A stretch of 45,826 nucleotides of DNA from NCBI GenBank assembly GCA_021777565.1, contig JAJYDJ010000001.1:314856-360681 (forward strand), written 5' to 3'. Positions 1 to 10,288 of this stretch are shown one piece after another (position 1 is the first letter of the stretch; each line of letters begins with the position of its first letter). A program made the position numbers and the translations under genes. The notes below the pieces were generated by a model. The model did not search any database, had not been told where the DNA came from, and saw only the letters and a list, made by a program, of their open reading frames with translations. This DNA comes from a bacterium. Its GTDB lineage: Bacteria; Patescibacteriota; Microgenomatia; Levybacterales; UBA12049.

Positions 1-1458
1 ACGAAATATGCCAAGAACACCAATCATTTTATTATTCATGCTCACAAGACTTGTTTTGAACGCGATAGGAAATCGTGTATGGTCGGTACGCACAATATAA
101 AAATCTCCATTTGTGCTTTGAATTTCCTTGCCTTCGCGAAGTGTCTTCACGACTGGTCGCTTTTCGTCAGGGATAAGATTCCCACTCGCATCTTCGGCCC
201 GAATTTGGCTTACAAACGACTTACCAACAATCTGGGACTGTTTAATGCCGGTCATCTCTTCAAAGGCTCTGTTGACAAGGATAACCTTGCCAGTCGTATC
301 TATAACGAAAAGTCCCTCGCCAATAGAAAAAAGTATTGCTTCATCACGAGCTTTCTCAAGTTCTACTTGTCTCTCAGCGCTTCTCCCTTGTAAATAGATA
401 ATTGTGAACAAAAGAATACTTAAGAGTATTCCCCCTGCTCCCACGACCCAAGGCATGACCATGTAAGGGAAATCCCCGCCGAATGAAGGTTTAGCAACCA
501 TCTTGAGTGTCCAGGTCCGTGTCCCAATGGAGATGTGCTCAATTGTTTTGTATGGGGTGGTATATGCAGAGGAGGTGCTGTACTTCCCATTATCATTTGT
601 ATCCAACAGAGTCTCTGCACTGAAGGATGCATCGCCAGTCGTGTCATAAAGTGCGAACGCAATATCTTTATGATTTGGAGAGTTGAGTGCTTTTTCAAAA
701 AGCGTTCGTAGATTAAATACCCCGGACACATATCCTGCGATTGCAGCTCTTCTTTGCTCAACGGTCGTAAGGGGCATGTTTGGCTTATACAAGGGAGCTG
801 AGAAGATAAAACCTGGAGCCTGATCGACAACAATAATAACTTTCTCACTCGCTACAGGGATATTCATGTCTCGCGCGTTCTCTATAACTATCTTGCGAGC
901 TGGACTGGTAAAAAGATCGTATCCGGATGTTCTTAAAGAGTCATCATCGACGGGCCACACAAAAACAACCACTGCATAACTGTCACGCTTGCCTTCTGGA
1001 TAAATAGTAAAATTGGGTAATCCTTGTGGCCGTACACTTCTATCGGCTCTTATTTTATCAATGAATGCTTGTTTTTGGCTGTCAGGGACGATAATGGTGT
1101 AGGTGAGATGATTAATATCAGGATACTGACCAAATTGTGATGTTTCAAGGAAGTTATCCCAGGTAGGTCTATCAAAAAATGGTTGCACTGCAAAAAGCCC
1201 CTGGACGTTATAAAGAACGTTTGTATATGCCTGTACTCGTTGGGTTAGTGATATTTCGATGTCTTCTGTCTGTCTCGTAAATTCATTTTGTAGTCCTTCC
1301 TGAATGGTTTTATTGGTATAAAGCCATATAAAGTAGGTGAGTAGTAATATCATACAGGCTACCCCTGAGGCGAGCACAAAAACACTCATTTTTTTCACTC
1401 GTGGAGACATATACCGTAACCTGTGTATAGAAGACAATAATGCGTGGGCAAGATTCAT
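1..1458 (-). CDS. Membrane sensor with CHASE domain plus PAS domain (probable histidine kinase); 3'-truncated by the window edge
   Basis: Not in the ORF track because it has no stop in the window. Manual translation of the minus frame is open from a TGA at 1486-1488 down to base 1. It reads TM1 (MSVFVLASGVACMILLLTYFIWLY), a CHASE-like extracellular domain ending HISIGTRTWTL, TM2 (PWVVGAGGILLSILLFTIIYL), then PAS (EAILFSIGEGLFVIDTTGKVILVNRAFEEMTG). Start is ATG 1458 or ATG 1410. Confidence 0.85.
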   Translation of the reverse strand, partial: MNLAHALLSSIHRLRYMSPRVKKMSVFVLASGVACMILLLTYFIWLYTNKTIQEGLQNEFTRQTEDIEISLTQRVQAYTNVLYNVQGLFAVQPFFDRPTWDNFLETSQFGQYPDINHLTYTIIVPDSQKQAFIDKIRADRSVRPQGLPNFTIYPEGKRDSYAVVVFVWPVDDDSLRTSGYDLFTSPARKIVIENARDMNIPVASEKVIIVVDQAPGFIFSAPLYKPNMPLTTVEQRRAAIAGYVSGVFNLRTLFEKALNSPNHKDIAFALYDTTGDASFSAETLLDTNDNGKYSTSSAYTTPYKTIEHISIGTRTWTLKMVAKPSFGGDFPYMVMPWVVGAGGILLSILLFTIIYLQGRSAERQVELEKARDEAILFSIGEGLFVIDTTGKVILVNRAFEEMTGIKQSQIVGKSFVSQIRAEDASGNLIPDEKRPVVKTLREGKEIQSTNGDFYIVRTDHTRFPIAFKTSLVSMNNKMIGVLGIFR

Positions 1459-1558
1459 ACATGAATAAGAACTGAAAAAGTACTGTCAACATCTATCATT
1501 GTCTTCTGTTACAAATTTGTCAACTCTCTTGTGCGCTTGCAAAATTCGTATATAATTG

Positions 1559-1567
1559 TGCTATAAT
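1559..1567 (+). promoter_or_regulatory. Extended -10 promoter (TGcTATAAT) of the XRE gene, probably leaderless
   Basis: TGCTATAAT ends 9 nt before ATG 1577; no SD. Confidence 0.6.
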
Positions 1568-1576
1568 CTCTGAACG

Positions 1577-1825
1577 ATGACGCTTGGTGAACGACTCAAT
1601 AACGAAAGAAAAAAACTAAATTTATCTACTGAGGAGGTTGCAAAACGCTGCGGCGTTTCAAGAAGCTATATCACGCTTATTGAAAACAACCAACGCTTTC
1701 CGAGTTCAAAAGTTCTTCCAAAGCTTGCTCAAGTATTCCAGGTAAAGACAAACGTCGTTTTGAACTGGTATCTTGAGGATGTTCGTGAAAAAATGGAGAA
1801 AAAACTCAACATTGTTTCTGAATAG
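1577..1825 (+). CDS. XRE/Cro-C1 family HTH transcriptional regulator
   Basis: LGERLNNERKKLNLSTEEVAKRCGVSRSYITLIENNQRFPS is a canonical HTH_3 pattern. Confidence 0.9.
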   Translation: MTLGERLNNERKKLNLSTEEVAKRCGVSRSYITLIENNQRFPSSKVLPKLAQVFQVKTNVVLNWYLEDVREKMEKKLNIVSE

Positions 1826-1895
1826 AAATATCCTATAGAATCTTGCAAAACGTCTATCCCACTGGTATACTGACCCCACTTGTTCGTCTCTGCCT

Positions 1896-2726
1896 ATGAA
1901 ATCAACCTCTCTGACATCACTTCCTGAATCTGAAGAAAATAAATTAAAATCTGCGCTAAGACGAGTTATCACCAGGCGCAAATCAAAATTAGCGCTCATT
2001 GTGACTCAGATGGAATCTTTGCAGATAGAACTTGACGTTATCAAACATGAATATTACACCCGTATCGGTAATCTACTGCTGCAGGATAACGAACTAGATC
2101 TTCAGATTATTCGCTACAAAAATATCAAATCGCTCATGCTGGAAGGGAAAACGTATGAACAGGCACTTGCCTTTATTGAAGGGCAGTTCTATGACGAAAT
2201 TCTAAAAGAACAGGAAGAGAAAAAAAGGATTGAAGAAGAACAAAAGGTAATGATTGCCAAAGAAATTCCTGAAGAAGAGGAAGTAGAGATAAAAACATTA
2301 TGGAAAAAGTTGATTCGCCAATTTCATCCTGATTTGGTCTCTGATCCAGAGGAAAAGTTAAGGCGTAACAAAATTATGCAGCAGATCAATCAAGCCTATG
2401 CGCAGCAGGATTTATCTATTCTGCAACGTATTCTTCTCCAGCCACAGGTGCCAGTGCAAAAAGGATCTACACTGAAGGAGTTAGAAGAAACGTTAGAAGA
2501 GACAGAACAAATGATCATCACCGCGGAGAAAACGCTTAAAGAAATGGCGCACAGCCAATGGTATAGGTGGCGCACTGAGATGAAAAAAGCAAAAAAAGAA
2601 GGCAAAGATGTTTTTCGAGCCTTGGAAGATAGTCTGATTGATGATGTCTTAAAAAAAATTGCTCTTGCGCGTCAGTTGCAAGATGATATAGAAAACTTGA
2701 AGATTGGTGTCAAACTAAAAGAGTAA
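1896..2726 (+). CDS. Coiled-coil protein with an internal J-domain (class C DnaJ-like)
   Basis: IKTLWKKLIRQFHPDL...MQQINQAY carries the HPD motif; flanks are coiled-coil-like. Confidence 0.8.
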   Translation: MKSTSLTSLPESEENKLKSALRRVITRRKSKLALIVTQMESLQIELDVIKHEYYTRIGNLLLQDNELDLQIIRYKNIKSLMLEGKTYEQALAFIEGQFYDEILKEQEEKKRIEEEQKVMIAKEIPEEEEVEIKTLWKKLIRQFHPDLVSDPEEKLRRNKIMQQINQAYAQQDLSILQRILLQPQVPVQKGSTLKELEETLEETEQMIITAEKTLKEMAHSQWYRWRTEMKKAKKEGKDVFRALEDSLIDDVLKKIALARQLQDDIENLKIGVKLKE

Positions 2727-3054
2727 GTTCCATCCCAACAACCCCATCTTTTTCCTCTTCATCTGTGCTGTAATACGTATGCATATCACGAGCCGCCTGC
2801 TCTGCCGTACTCTTTTTCTCCCACCCAAACTTTTCTACTGGAAGCGTTTGGAACATCTCAAGAAATGTAGGGAATTGATGCAGTGCAACAATCTTTGCTT
2901 GAAACGTATTTTGCTCATTGGACCGAGCAATAAAGGTAATGATATCCCCTACTTTGAGGTGTCTTCTTTTTTCATCAAAGACTCGTGCTTCAAGTGTCTT
3001 CTTGCCCTCTCGAATTTGTTCGAAAGGAATGTCGTTGAGATGTAATTCGTACAT
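2710..3054 (-). CDS. ASCH (PUA-like) domain protein
   Basis: GKKTLEAR (GxKxxExR motif) followed by LKVGDIITF. Confidence 0.85.
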   Translation of the reverse strand: MYELHLNDIPFEQIREGKKTLEARVFDEKRRHLKVGDIITFIARSNEQNTFQAKIVALHQFPTFLEMFQTLPVEKFGWEKKSTAEQAARDMHTYYSTDEEEKDGVVGMELTLLV

Positions 3055-3107
3055 CCTGTGAGTATACCACTTGAATAGTGAACCGAAAGTGCTCTATTCT
3101 TGAATAG

Positions 3108-3449
3108 ATGCGTTACAAAAAAGTAATATTTTATTTCCCCCGTATCTTGGGGCTTTGTTTTGCTGCATTTCTCGTAATCTTTTCGTTTGACGTTTTTGGG
3201 ACTGGGATGTCAGTTGAGTATCAGGCAATTGCATTTGTTATTCATAACATCCCAACACTTATCCTTGTAGGGGCTGTAATCAGCACGTGGAAACATCCAA
3301 AAATCGCAGGACTTTTATTCCTCTTCTTAGCATTGGTAATGACACTTTTTTTTCATACCTACGAGTATCTGATTAACTTTTTATTATTGACTGTTCCTCT
3401 TCTGGTTGTAAGTTTTTGGTATTTTCTGGAAGCATACCTCTTCTCATAA
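3108..3449 (+). CDS. Small multi-pass membrane protein, unknown function
   Basis: Four hydrophobic segments in 113 aa; fills the gap between neighbours. Confidence 0.75.
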   Translation: MRYKKVIFYFPRILGLCFAAFLVIFSFDVFGTGMSVEYQAIAFVIHNIPTLILVGAVISTWKHPKIAGLLFLFLALVMTLFFHTYEYLINFLLLTVPLLVVSFWYFLEAYLFS

Positions 3450-3474
3450 TAGTTTTGCCGCTTTATACTAAAGT

Positions 3475-4068
3475 ATGTCAGAATCCCAACACGTCTGTGA
3501 TGTCACTGAAAGGCTTACCAACATCATCACTCGCTTCTCCCTTTCTGATCAGCTTCTTCTCACTCGTGCACTCACACTTTCAAAAAAAGTACATGCGACC
3601 CAGATGCGCTATGAGGGTGTCCCCCACTTTATTCACACTATGCGCATTGCCATCTCACTGTATGAATTGCTCGAGATACAAGACGCAGAAATCCTCGCCG
3701 CGGCACTCCTTCATGACACGGTAGAAGACACGGATGTGACACTTGATGAAATTGAGACGACATTTAATACTCGCATTGCAACTATTGTTGATGCTCTCAC
3801 TAGAGACAAAACGCAGTATACCAAGCAGGAAAAATTTTCTATGACGCTCAACCAACCTTGGGAAATACGTGCGGTCAAAGTATGTGATAATTTAGACAAT
3901 ATGCGCTCGTGGTTCACCATCCCAGAAGGACACGTGGCTAGATTAAAACTTCCCAAATGGATGAATGAGGCAAGAGAGCAGTATATCCCGCTTGCACGTA
4001 CCGTTGATGAAAAGATAGCGAGTCTTATGGAGCAGGAGCTTACTGAGGCAGAACAAAAAGTGAAGTAA
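3475..4068 (+). CDS. HD-domain small alarmone hydrolase-like protein (RelA/SpoT hydrolase, Mesh1-like)
   Basis: HATQMRYEG, PHFIH, AALLHDTVEDT and VKVCDNLDNMR match the (p)ppGpp hydrolase HD motifs; no synthetase domain. Confidence 0.8.
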   Translation: MSESQHVCDVTERLTNIITRFSLSDQLLLTRALTLSKKVHATQMRYEGVPHFIHTMRIAISLYELLEIQDAEILAAALLHDTVEDTDVTLDEIETTFNTRIATIVDALTRDKTQYTKQEKFSMTLNQPWEIRAVKVCDNLDNMRSWFTIPEGHVARLKLPKWMNEAREQYIPLARTVDEKIASLMEQELTEAEQKVK

Positions 4069-4074
4069 CAAAAA

Positions 4075-4100
4075 CATTACCCATTTTGCAACGGGTAATG
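4075..4100. terminator. Probable bidirectional intrinsic terminator
   Basis: CATTACCC-10 nt loop-GGGTAATG hairpin between convergent genes, with an A-run on the left and CTTT on the right. Confidence 0.6.
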
Positions 4101-4127
4101 CTTTGAAAGGTAATAGAAACAGTTTTT

Positions 4128-4358
4128 TTATTTCTTCTTTCCTGATTTCATCATTGCCATGCAGGTCTTACAATCTGTCTTATGCATAACAACAAGATAC
4201 ACTGCAGAAAGACCGACTAAAATATAGACCAGACTTTCAAGCATTGGGATTGAACCAAGGAGTGCGGTTACTAAATTGAAATTAAATAACCCAACTAAAC
4301 CCCAGTTGAGTCCCCCGACGATAACCAATATAAATGCGATTACGTGGAGTGTCTTCAT
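4128..4358 (-). CDS. DUF378 family small membrane protein
   Basis: LVIVGGLNWGLVGLFNFNLV signature; strong SD AGGAGGTG before ATG 4358 (the ORF-track start at 4490 is too long). Confidence 0.9.
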   Translation of the reverse strand: MKTLHVIAFILVIVGGLNWGLVGLFNFNLVTALLGSIPMLESLVYILVGLSAVYLVVMHKTDCKTCMAMMKSGKKK

Positions 4359-4477
4359 AACGTTCACCTCCTTCCCTATCTTTAGCGTAAAGACAATTTT
4401 CAGAAAACACAAGGGGCAGTTTATGTTGGTATACCTGCATGTTTGTAAGTTTGCTACGTGTGCTATACTGGGCGCAT

Positions 4478-5680
4478 ATGAATCTTGCATACCGTATGCG
4501 ACCAGTCTCCCTTTCTGAATTTATTGGGCAGCACCATTTAGTTGGTGAAGGAAAAATGCTAGCTCGCATGATCGCAGAAAAACATCTTTCGTCAATCATT
4601 TTGTGGGGCCCTCCAGGCAGCGGGAAAACAACTCTTGCATATATTCTGGCCAATGAAACAGGGGCCACTCTTTATGCACTTTCAGGAGTCGAAAGTGGGA
4701 AAGCACAACTGCATGAAATTATCGAAGAAGCCAAAAAAGAAGAAAAGAAACAAGTAATACTCTTTATTGATGAAATTCATCGTTGGAATAAAGCACAACA
4801 AGATGCGCTTTTACCTCATGTTGAATCAGGACTTATTACCCTCATCGGTGCGACCACAGAAAATCCTTCGTTTGAAGTAAACAGTGCACTCCTCTCTCGC
4901 AGCAAAGTCTTTGTTTTACAACCTCTTTCAGAGGAGGATTTATCAATACTTATTCACCGTGCACTCACTGATACCAAAAGAGGTCTAGGGACATATAAGA
5001 AAACACTCACTGATGATGCACGAGAGTTACTGATCCGCCTCTCAGGAGGCGATGCGCGTATCATGCTCAACGGTCTTGAAATGGCAGTGACGCAGTTTAA
5101 AGAAAAGAAAATTACTCCAGAACAAATTCAAGAGGTGTTTCAGACCAAATCAGCAGGACTGTATGACAAGAAAGCAGATGAACATTACAATATCATCTCT
5201 GCATTTATTAAATCCCTTCGTGGAAGTAGTGTTGACGGAGCACTCTATTATCTGGCTCGAATGCTTGAGAATGGTGAAGATCCGAAGTTTATCGCACGTC
5301 GTATGATTATTTTTGCCTCAGAAGATATTGGGATGGCAGATCGTGGCGCGCTCATCCAGGCAAATGAAGCATTTGAGGCAGTGATGAAGATTGGTATGCC
5401 TGAAGCCCAGCTTACGCTTGCGCATGTGGTTGTGTATCTGGCACTTGCCAAAAAATCTCGTGGAGTGGTGAACGCATTAGCTTGTGCCAAACAAGCAGTG
5501 TATGAACTGCCAAATGAGCCAATCCCTTTGCATCTTCGTAACGCTCCGACCAAGTTGATGAAAGAATTGGGTTATGCCAAGGACTACACCTGGAGCGATA
5601 GCTATGTAGGACCAAAAGAAAAAGAATTGAGTTTTCTTCCTGAAAAGTTAAAACAGAAAAAATTCTGGACAGGTGAATAA
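4478..5680 (+). CDS. rarA: Replication-associated recombination protein A (RarA/MgsA AAA+ ATPase)
   Basis: LAYRMRP, Walker [10 protein letters not shown], Walker [36 protein letters not shown]. Confidence 0.95.
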   Translation: MNLAYRMRPVSLSEFIGQHHLVGEGKMLARMIAEKHLSSIILWGPPGSGKTTLAYILANETGATLYALSGVESGKAQLHEIIEEAKKEEKKQVILFIDEIHRWNKAQQDALLPHVESGLITLIGATTENPSFEVNSALLSRSKVFVLQPLSEEDLSILIHRALTDTKRGLGTYKKTLTDDARELLIRLSGGDARIMLNGLEMAVTQFKEKKITPEQIQEVFQTKSAGLYDKKADEHYNIISAFIKSLRGSSVDGALYYLARMLENGEDPKFIARRMIIFASEDIGMADRGALIQANEAFEAVMKIGMPEAQLTLAHVVVYLALAKKSRGVVNALACAKQAVYELPNEPIPLHLRNAPTKLMKELGYAKDYTWSDSYVGPKEKELSFLPEKLKQKKFWTGE

Positions 5681-5723
5681 TTATCCCTGTCAAATTTTTG
5701 TAAGATCATTTATACTATCTGTG

Positions 5724-7547
5724 ATGGATGATACAGCGATAAAAACAAGTTGGGATCTCTCCCCTCTGGGTGCCTCTGATAATGATCCTAAATTTGATGA
5801 AGAAAGAAAAAAAATTGAAGAAGTTAACTACGCCTTCATAACTAAATGGAAAGAAAGAACTGATTATCTTGAAGATGCAACTGTGTTAAAAGAAGCACTG
5901 GACGAGCTGGAGATGATTGAAAAAAGTGTTGGGACAGATGGTGATGAAGGGTATTATTTTTGGCTGAGAGCTCATCTGAATGAATCAGATCCGGACATTA
6001 AGGCAAAAGAAAATAAGATCGATGACTTTGCTAAGAAGATTTCAAATGATAGACAATTTTTTCTGTTAAAACTTGCAAAAGTGCCCGAAGATATTCAAAA
6101 AAAGTTTCTTTCTGCTCCAGAGTTGAGCTCCTATACCCATTTCCTTGAACTATTATTTGCTGAAAGTAAATATCTCCTTTCTGATGCAGAAGAGAAGATC
6201 ATGACACTTAAATCGAACTCTGCTCACAGTGCATGGGTCAGGATGACTGAAGGATTTTTGTCAAAATCTGAACGATCTGTACGCACCGAAGATGGCAAGC
6301 AGGAACTGAAGAGTTTTGAAGAGATCATGGATTTGATGAATTCCCAACAGAAGAACGTGCGTGATGAGGCTGCTCAGGAGGTAAATGACATTCTGGCATC
6401 GTTTGTTGAGGTTGCAGAAGCAGAGATCAATGCAATTCTTGCTGATAAAAAAGTGAATGATGAACTTCGAGGGTTTGAAAGACCTGACAGTTCCCGTCAT
6501 GTCGGTGATGATATTGATACCGATGTCGTTGATGCGATGCTTGATGCGGTGTCAGGAAGATTTGACTTGGCTCAGCGCTACTATCGCTTGAAAGCAAAGC
6601 TTATGGGTGTAGATACCCTTGCGTATCACGAGCGCAATGTCCCCTATGGTGCACTTGATAAAGCCTATACGTTTCCAGAAGCAACGGACGTTGTTATCAA
6701 AGTTTTCGAAAGTCTAGACAGTGAATTTGCAGACATTTTGACACGATTTTTGCGCAATGGACAAATTGATGCATTCCCTGCCAAAGGTAAACATGGCGGC
6801 GCCTTCTGTGTTCATGTACTCCTCTCACAACCAACTTACGTGCTGCTTAATTTCACGAATAAACTTCGTGATGTAGAAACGATTGCACACGAAATGGGGC
6901 ATGCCATTAATAATGAGTTAATGCGCAAAACTCAAAATGCTCTTAATTTCGGTACGCCAATGGCAACGGCAGAAGTCGCCAGTACGTTCATGGAAGACTT
7001 TGTAAACGAAGAAATTATGAAGACAGCTGATGACGAACTTCGCCTTGCACTCCTCATGAATAAACTCAACGGTGATGTTTCGAGTATTATGAGGCAAGTT
7101 GCCTGTTATCAATTTGAACAAGAGTTGCATAAGGCATTTCGTGAGAAAGGATATCTGTCGCATAAAGAGATTGGTGCAATCTTTCAGAAGCATATGGCAT
7201 CATACATGGGTGATGCTGTTGAGCAATCAGAAGGAGCACAAAATTGGTGGGTCTACTGGAGTCATATCCGAAGCTTTTTCTACGTCTACTCTTATGCCAG
7301 TGGACTGCTCATCTCCAAATCTATGCAAGCATCAGTGCGTGCAGACCATGGGTTTATTGAAAAAGTGAAAGAATTCCTCTCTGCTGGGACATCACTCAGT
7401 CCAAAAGAGATTTTTGCAAAAATGGATATTGATATCACTGACAAATCTTTCTGGGATAAAGGACTAACTGAGATTGAAAGACTGCTTGACGAGACTGAAC
7501 AACTTGCCACAACGCTTGGTAAAATCCCTGCTGAGCAACGTGCATAA
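5724..7547 (+). CDS. pepF: M3B family oligoendopeptidase F
   Basis: HEMGH zinc motif, KHGGAFC, AEVASTFME, HIRSFFYVYSYA; start refined to ATG 5724. Confidence 0.88.
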   Translation: MDDTAIKTSWDLSPLGASDNDPKFDEERKKIEEVNYAFITKWKERTDYLEDATVLKEALDELEMIEKSVGTDGDEGYYFWLRAHLNESDPDIKAKENKIDDFAKKISNDRQFFLLKLAKVPEDIQKKFLSAPELSSYTHFLELLFAESKYLLSDAEEKIMTLKSNSAHSAWVRMTEGFLSKSERSVRTEDGKQELKSFEEIMDLMNSQQKNVRDEAAQEVNDILASFVEVAEAEINAILADKKVNDELRGFERPDSSRHVGDDIDTDVVDAMLDAVSGRFDLAQRYYRLKAKLMGVDTLAYHERNVPYGALDKAYTFPEATDVVIKVFESLDSEFADILTRFLRNGQIDAFPAKGKHGGAFCVHVLLSQPTYVLLNFTNKLRDVETIAHEMGHAINNELMRKTQNALNFGTPMATAEVASTFMEDFVNEEIMKTADDELRLALLMNKLNGDVSSIMRQVACYQFEQELHKAFREKGYLSHKEIGAIFQKHMASYMGDAVEQSEGAQNWWVYWSHIRSFFYVYSYASGLLISKSMQASVRADHGFIEKVKEFLSAGTSLSPKEIFAKMDIDITDKSFWDKGLTEIERLLDETEQLATTLGKIPAEQRA

Positions 7548-7590
7548 AAATATCCTCTTTTTTCAGAATTGACCGACGTATAATAGTGAT

Positions 7591-8547
7591 ATGTATAGTT
7601 CTCGAAGAAAATATCGTCACATGTCATTTCTCTTCCAACTGCTATGGCTTCTCGTTGTCTCGCTTGGCCTCTTTTTTGGTGGGAAATATATCCTTCACGC
7701 ATCAGCCAAGCCAGTATCTCCTACGCCAATTACTCTTTTTAAAACTTCTCCATCTCCCGTCAGTGCATCGCCAACCATTGCACAAAGTACTGGGCTGCAA
7801 GAAGTAGTACAAAGTGCTTTGGATGGTACGAGTGGGACGTATGGCGTCTATGTGAAGGACATGGCAACGGGTGAGACGTATGCACAAGATGAGCATCATG
7901 TCTTTGTCTCAGGGAGTTTGTACAAACTTTGGGTGATGGCCGTTGTGTATCAGCAGATTGCTGCAGGGAATCTCCATCTTGACGACGTCCTTTCTAAAGA
8001 TGCAGCTGATCTGAATGCGGAATTTGCTATTGATCCAGACCTGGCGGACCAAACCTCGGGGCCTATCACCTACTCCGTAAAGGATGCGCTATACCAAATG
8101 ATCACGATCTCTGATAATGATTCGGCACTTCTCCTGACAGATAAGGTTGGGCTCTCCAAAATCGCAGCATTTTTGCGTACCAATGGACTAGCTGAGTCAG
8201 CAGTAGGGATTAATGGTGAAAATCCTACCACAACAGCCTCAGATATAGGTCATTTTTTTGAAAAACTCTACTCAGGTAACTTGGGCACATCTGATACTAC
8301 ACAGGCGATGATCGATCTTCTCAAACAGCAAAAACTAAATGAGAAAATCCCATTAAACCTGCCAGAAGATTTAGAGGTAGCACATAAAACAGGTGAAATG
8401 GATGATTTTAGTCATGATGCAGGTATCCTCTTTATTGATGGGCACCCAACGATCGTCGTCGTGCTCTCACAGACGGATGATACTGATGCTGCCAATAGTC
8501 GTATTGCAGCTATTTCACAGGCTGTCTATCAATACTTCAGTAAATAA
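7591..8547 (+). CDS. Membrane-anchored serine hydrolase of the class A beta-lactamase-like family
   Basis: SLYK (SxxK), SDN and KTG motifs; N-terminal TM helix. Start is 7591 or 7621. Confidence 0.85.
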   Translation: MYSSRRKYRHMSFLFQLLWLLVVSLGLFFGGKYILHASAKPVSPTPITLFKTSPSPVSASPTIAQSTGLQEVVQSALDGTSGTYGVYVKDMATGETYAQDEHHVFVSGSLYKLWVMAVVYQQIAAGNLHLDDVLSKDAADLNAEFAIDPDLADQTSGPITYSVKDALYQMITISDNDSALLLTDKVGLSKIAAFLRTNGLAESAVGINGENPTTTASDIGHFFEKLYSGNLGTSDTTQAMIDLLKQQKLNEKIPLNLPEDLEVAHKTGEMDDFSHDAGILFIDGHPTIVVVLSQTDDTDAANSRIAAISQAVYQYFSK

Positions 8548-8587
8548 CAGTTGCGGCATCCTTGCAATTTCTTTACTATAAAAGAGT

Positions 8588-9469
8588 ATGTTCTCTAAAT
8601 CCCATTATGATCATTTGCGTAGTAAGTGGATAGATCAAAGAACACTGCTACAAGCAAATCTCAAAGAGAAACACCCTGAACTATTTGACCATATCAAACG
8701 CTCCGTCAAACACGCTGTTGTAGGGACGGTCGGTGGGCTCATGCTTTTGATGGCCCCAACGCCAAGTAGTCCAACTATGCAAAAAACAGATGCACAGGTT
8801 CAACAATTTGTTCAGAAGGTAGATAATCGTGTGTTTTTGATGAATGATTTGTATCATGAACTGCCAGACAGTGTGAGTGCACTCTCCCCTTTTCAGGAGT
8901 CTGTGATCGTCCAGACGCTTTCACGACATTTTCACCTGGACGTTGCGGCACAACTTCAAGGCATTCGCCTCAACCGCACGTATGGCTACATCGGTCAGGA
9001 ACAACATTTGGCACGCTACCCTGGTGATGGTATGGATACTCACTTTGATGGCAACGCTTCTGAATCTGCAAAATATGCGAGCACGGGTATGGCTCCAGGG
9101 CTCGGTGCCTGGGGATATTTCGCTCCGTCGCAAAGTGCGATGACACAAAAAGATGTTGACCGAGAAAAGTATTATATCGCAGTCCAGACGTTTCTTTCTC
9201 CTGGATATAATGAGCACGTCGCTGAATACAATAAGTTTTATAAATACCATAAAATGCTTGTGGTAAATCCGCAAAATGGGAAAGCAATGGTCGTAGTCAT
9301 AGGAGATGCTGGCCCGGGGTCAGGTACTGGTAAACAACTGGGCGGCTCTCCTGAAGTGATGAAATATCTGGAGCGTGTTGATGGAGCGCAAAAAGGACCT
9401 GTCTTATATTTCTTTATTGATGATCCCGGTGATACAATTCCTTTAGGACCGGTAGATCCAGTTGAATAA
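8588..9469 (+). CDS. Exported hypothetical protein with an RlpA-like double-psi beta-barrel-like C-terminus
   Basis: Hydrophobic segment near the N-terminus; C-terminal NPQNGKAMVVVIGDAGP...GGSPEVM resembles the RlpA/DPBB pattern. Confidence 0.55.
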   Translation: MFSKSHYDHLRSKWIDQRTLLQANLKEKHPELFDHIKRSVKHAVVGTVGGLMLLMAPTPSSPTMQKTDAQVQQFVQKVDNRVFLMNDLYHELPDSVSALSPFQESVIVQTLSRHFHLDVAAQLQGIRLNRTYGYIGQEQHLARYPGDGMDTHFDGNASESAKYASTGMAPGLGAWGYFAPSQSAMTQKDVDREKYYIAVQTFLSPGYNEHVAEYNKFYKYHKMLVVNPQNGKAMVVVIGDAGPGSGTGKQLGGSPEVMKYLERVDGAQKGPVLYFFIDDPGDTIPLGPVDPVE

Positions 9470-9470
9470 T

Positions 9471-9812
9471 ATGCAGACTTATTTTTATTCTCACATCGTC
9501 AGCATTGAACCGATCAAGGCGCGCCTTGATGAGCTTGAACTCTCTGATACTGAAAAAGAAGAGCTGCTCACGCTTTCTGAAGAAAATTTGCACTATGTTG
9601 TGATGGATGTCGTGCTCTCAGAACTTACTGATGAGGACAAGAAAACACTTTTTATTCATTTAGCCTCAGATAAACATGATGATGTGTGGGCACTTTTGCA
9701 TGACAAGACAGATAAAATTGAAGAAAAAATCATGAAGGCAGCAGAAGAATTTATCAATACGCTCCATAAGGATGTCCACGAAGCAAAAAAAATTACCAAG
9801 AAGAAAAAATAG
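9471..9812 (+). CDS. Acidic helical hypothetical protein
   Basis: ORF immediately after the 9469 stop; charged helical composition. Confidence 0.75.
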   Translation: MQTYFYSHIVSIEPIKARLDELELSDTEKEELLTLSEENLHYVVMDVVLSELTDEDKKTLFIHLASDKHDDVWALLHDKTDKIEEKIMKAAEEFINTLHKDVHEAKKITKKKK

Positions 9813-9813
9813 T

Positions 9814-10272
9814 ATGCGTGAAATAAACCGTGAAATTGCATCAGGAATTATTCTTTCGAAAGATCATAAGCTTTTCTTAGGGCGAAAAGACCCACATAGT
9901 GGCGGTGTCTATGTTGATTGCTGGCATTTGCCAGGTGGTGGTGTGGATGAAGGAGAGACATTATTACAGACTGCTTTGCGAGAAGTGAAAGAAGAGGTGG
10001 GTTTAGACGTGCGAGAAGATCAAACAGAAGAAGTAGATTTTGTAACCACCGGACAAGCTGAAAAAATAGATAAAACTACGGGTGAAAAAATGCTCGTACA
10101 TATGAACTTTCATTATTTTCTTATGCATTTAGATACCGATGCAGATAACACACACATCACAATAGCGGATGACTTGCAGAGTTATCAATGGTTTGATTTA
10201 TCAGAAATCGCAGAGTTGAAGCATACTCCACCATCATATGAAATTTTCAAATATCTAGGATATCTCTCATAA
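9814..10272 (+). CDS. NUDIX hydrolase
   Basis: Nudix box GGVDEGETLLQTALREVKEEVGL; ATG 9814 abuts the previous stop. Confidence 0.92.
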   Translation: MREINREIASGIILSKDHKLFLGRKDPHSGGVYVDCWHLPGGGVDEGETLLQTALREVKEEVGLDVREDQTEEVDFVTTGQAEKIDKTTGEKMLVHMNFHYFLMHLDTDADNTHITIADDLQSYQWFDLSEIAELKHTPPSYEIFKYLGYLS

Positions 10273-10288
10273 GAAAGGGGGTGAGTTT

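Noticed and set aside
79-1492. ORF-track entries 79-393, 128-397, 420-848 and 1310-1492
   Set aside because: They are shadows of the long CHASE-PAS frame and have no recognisable motifs.
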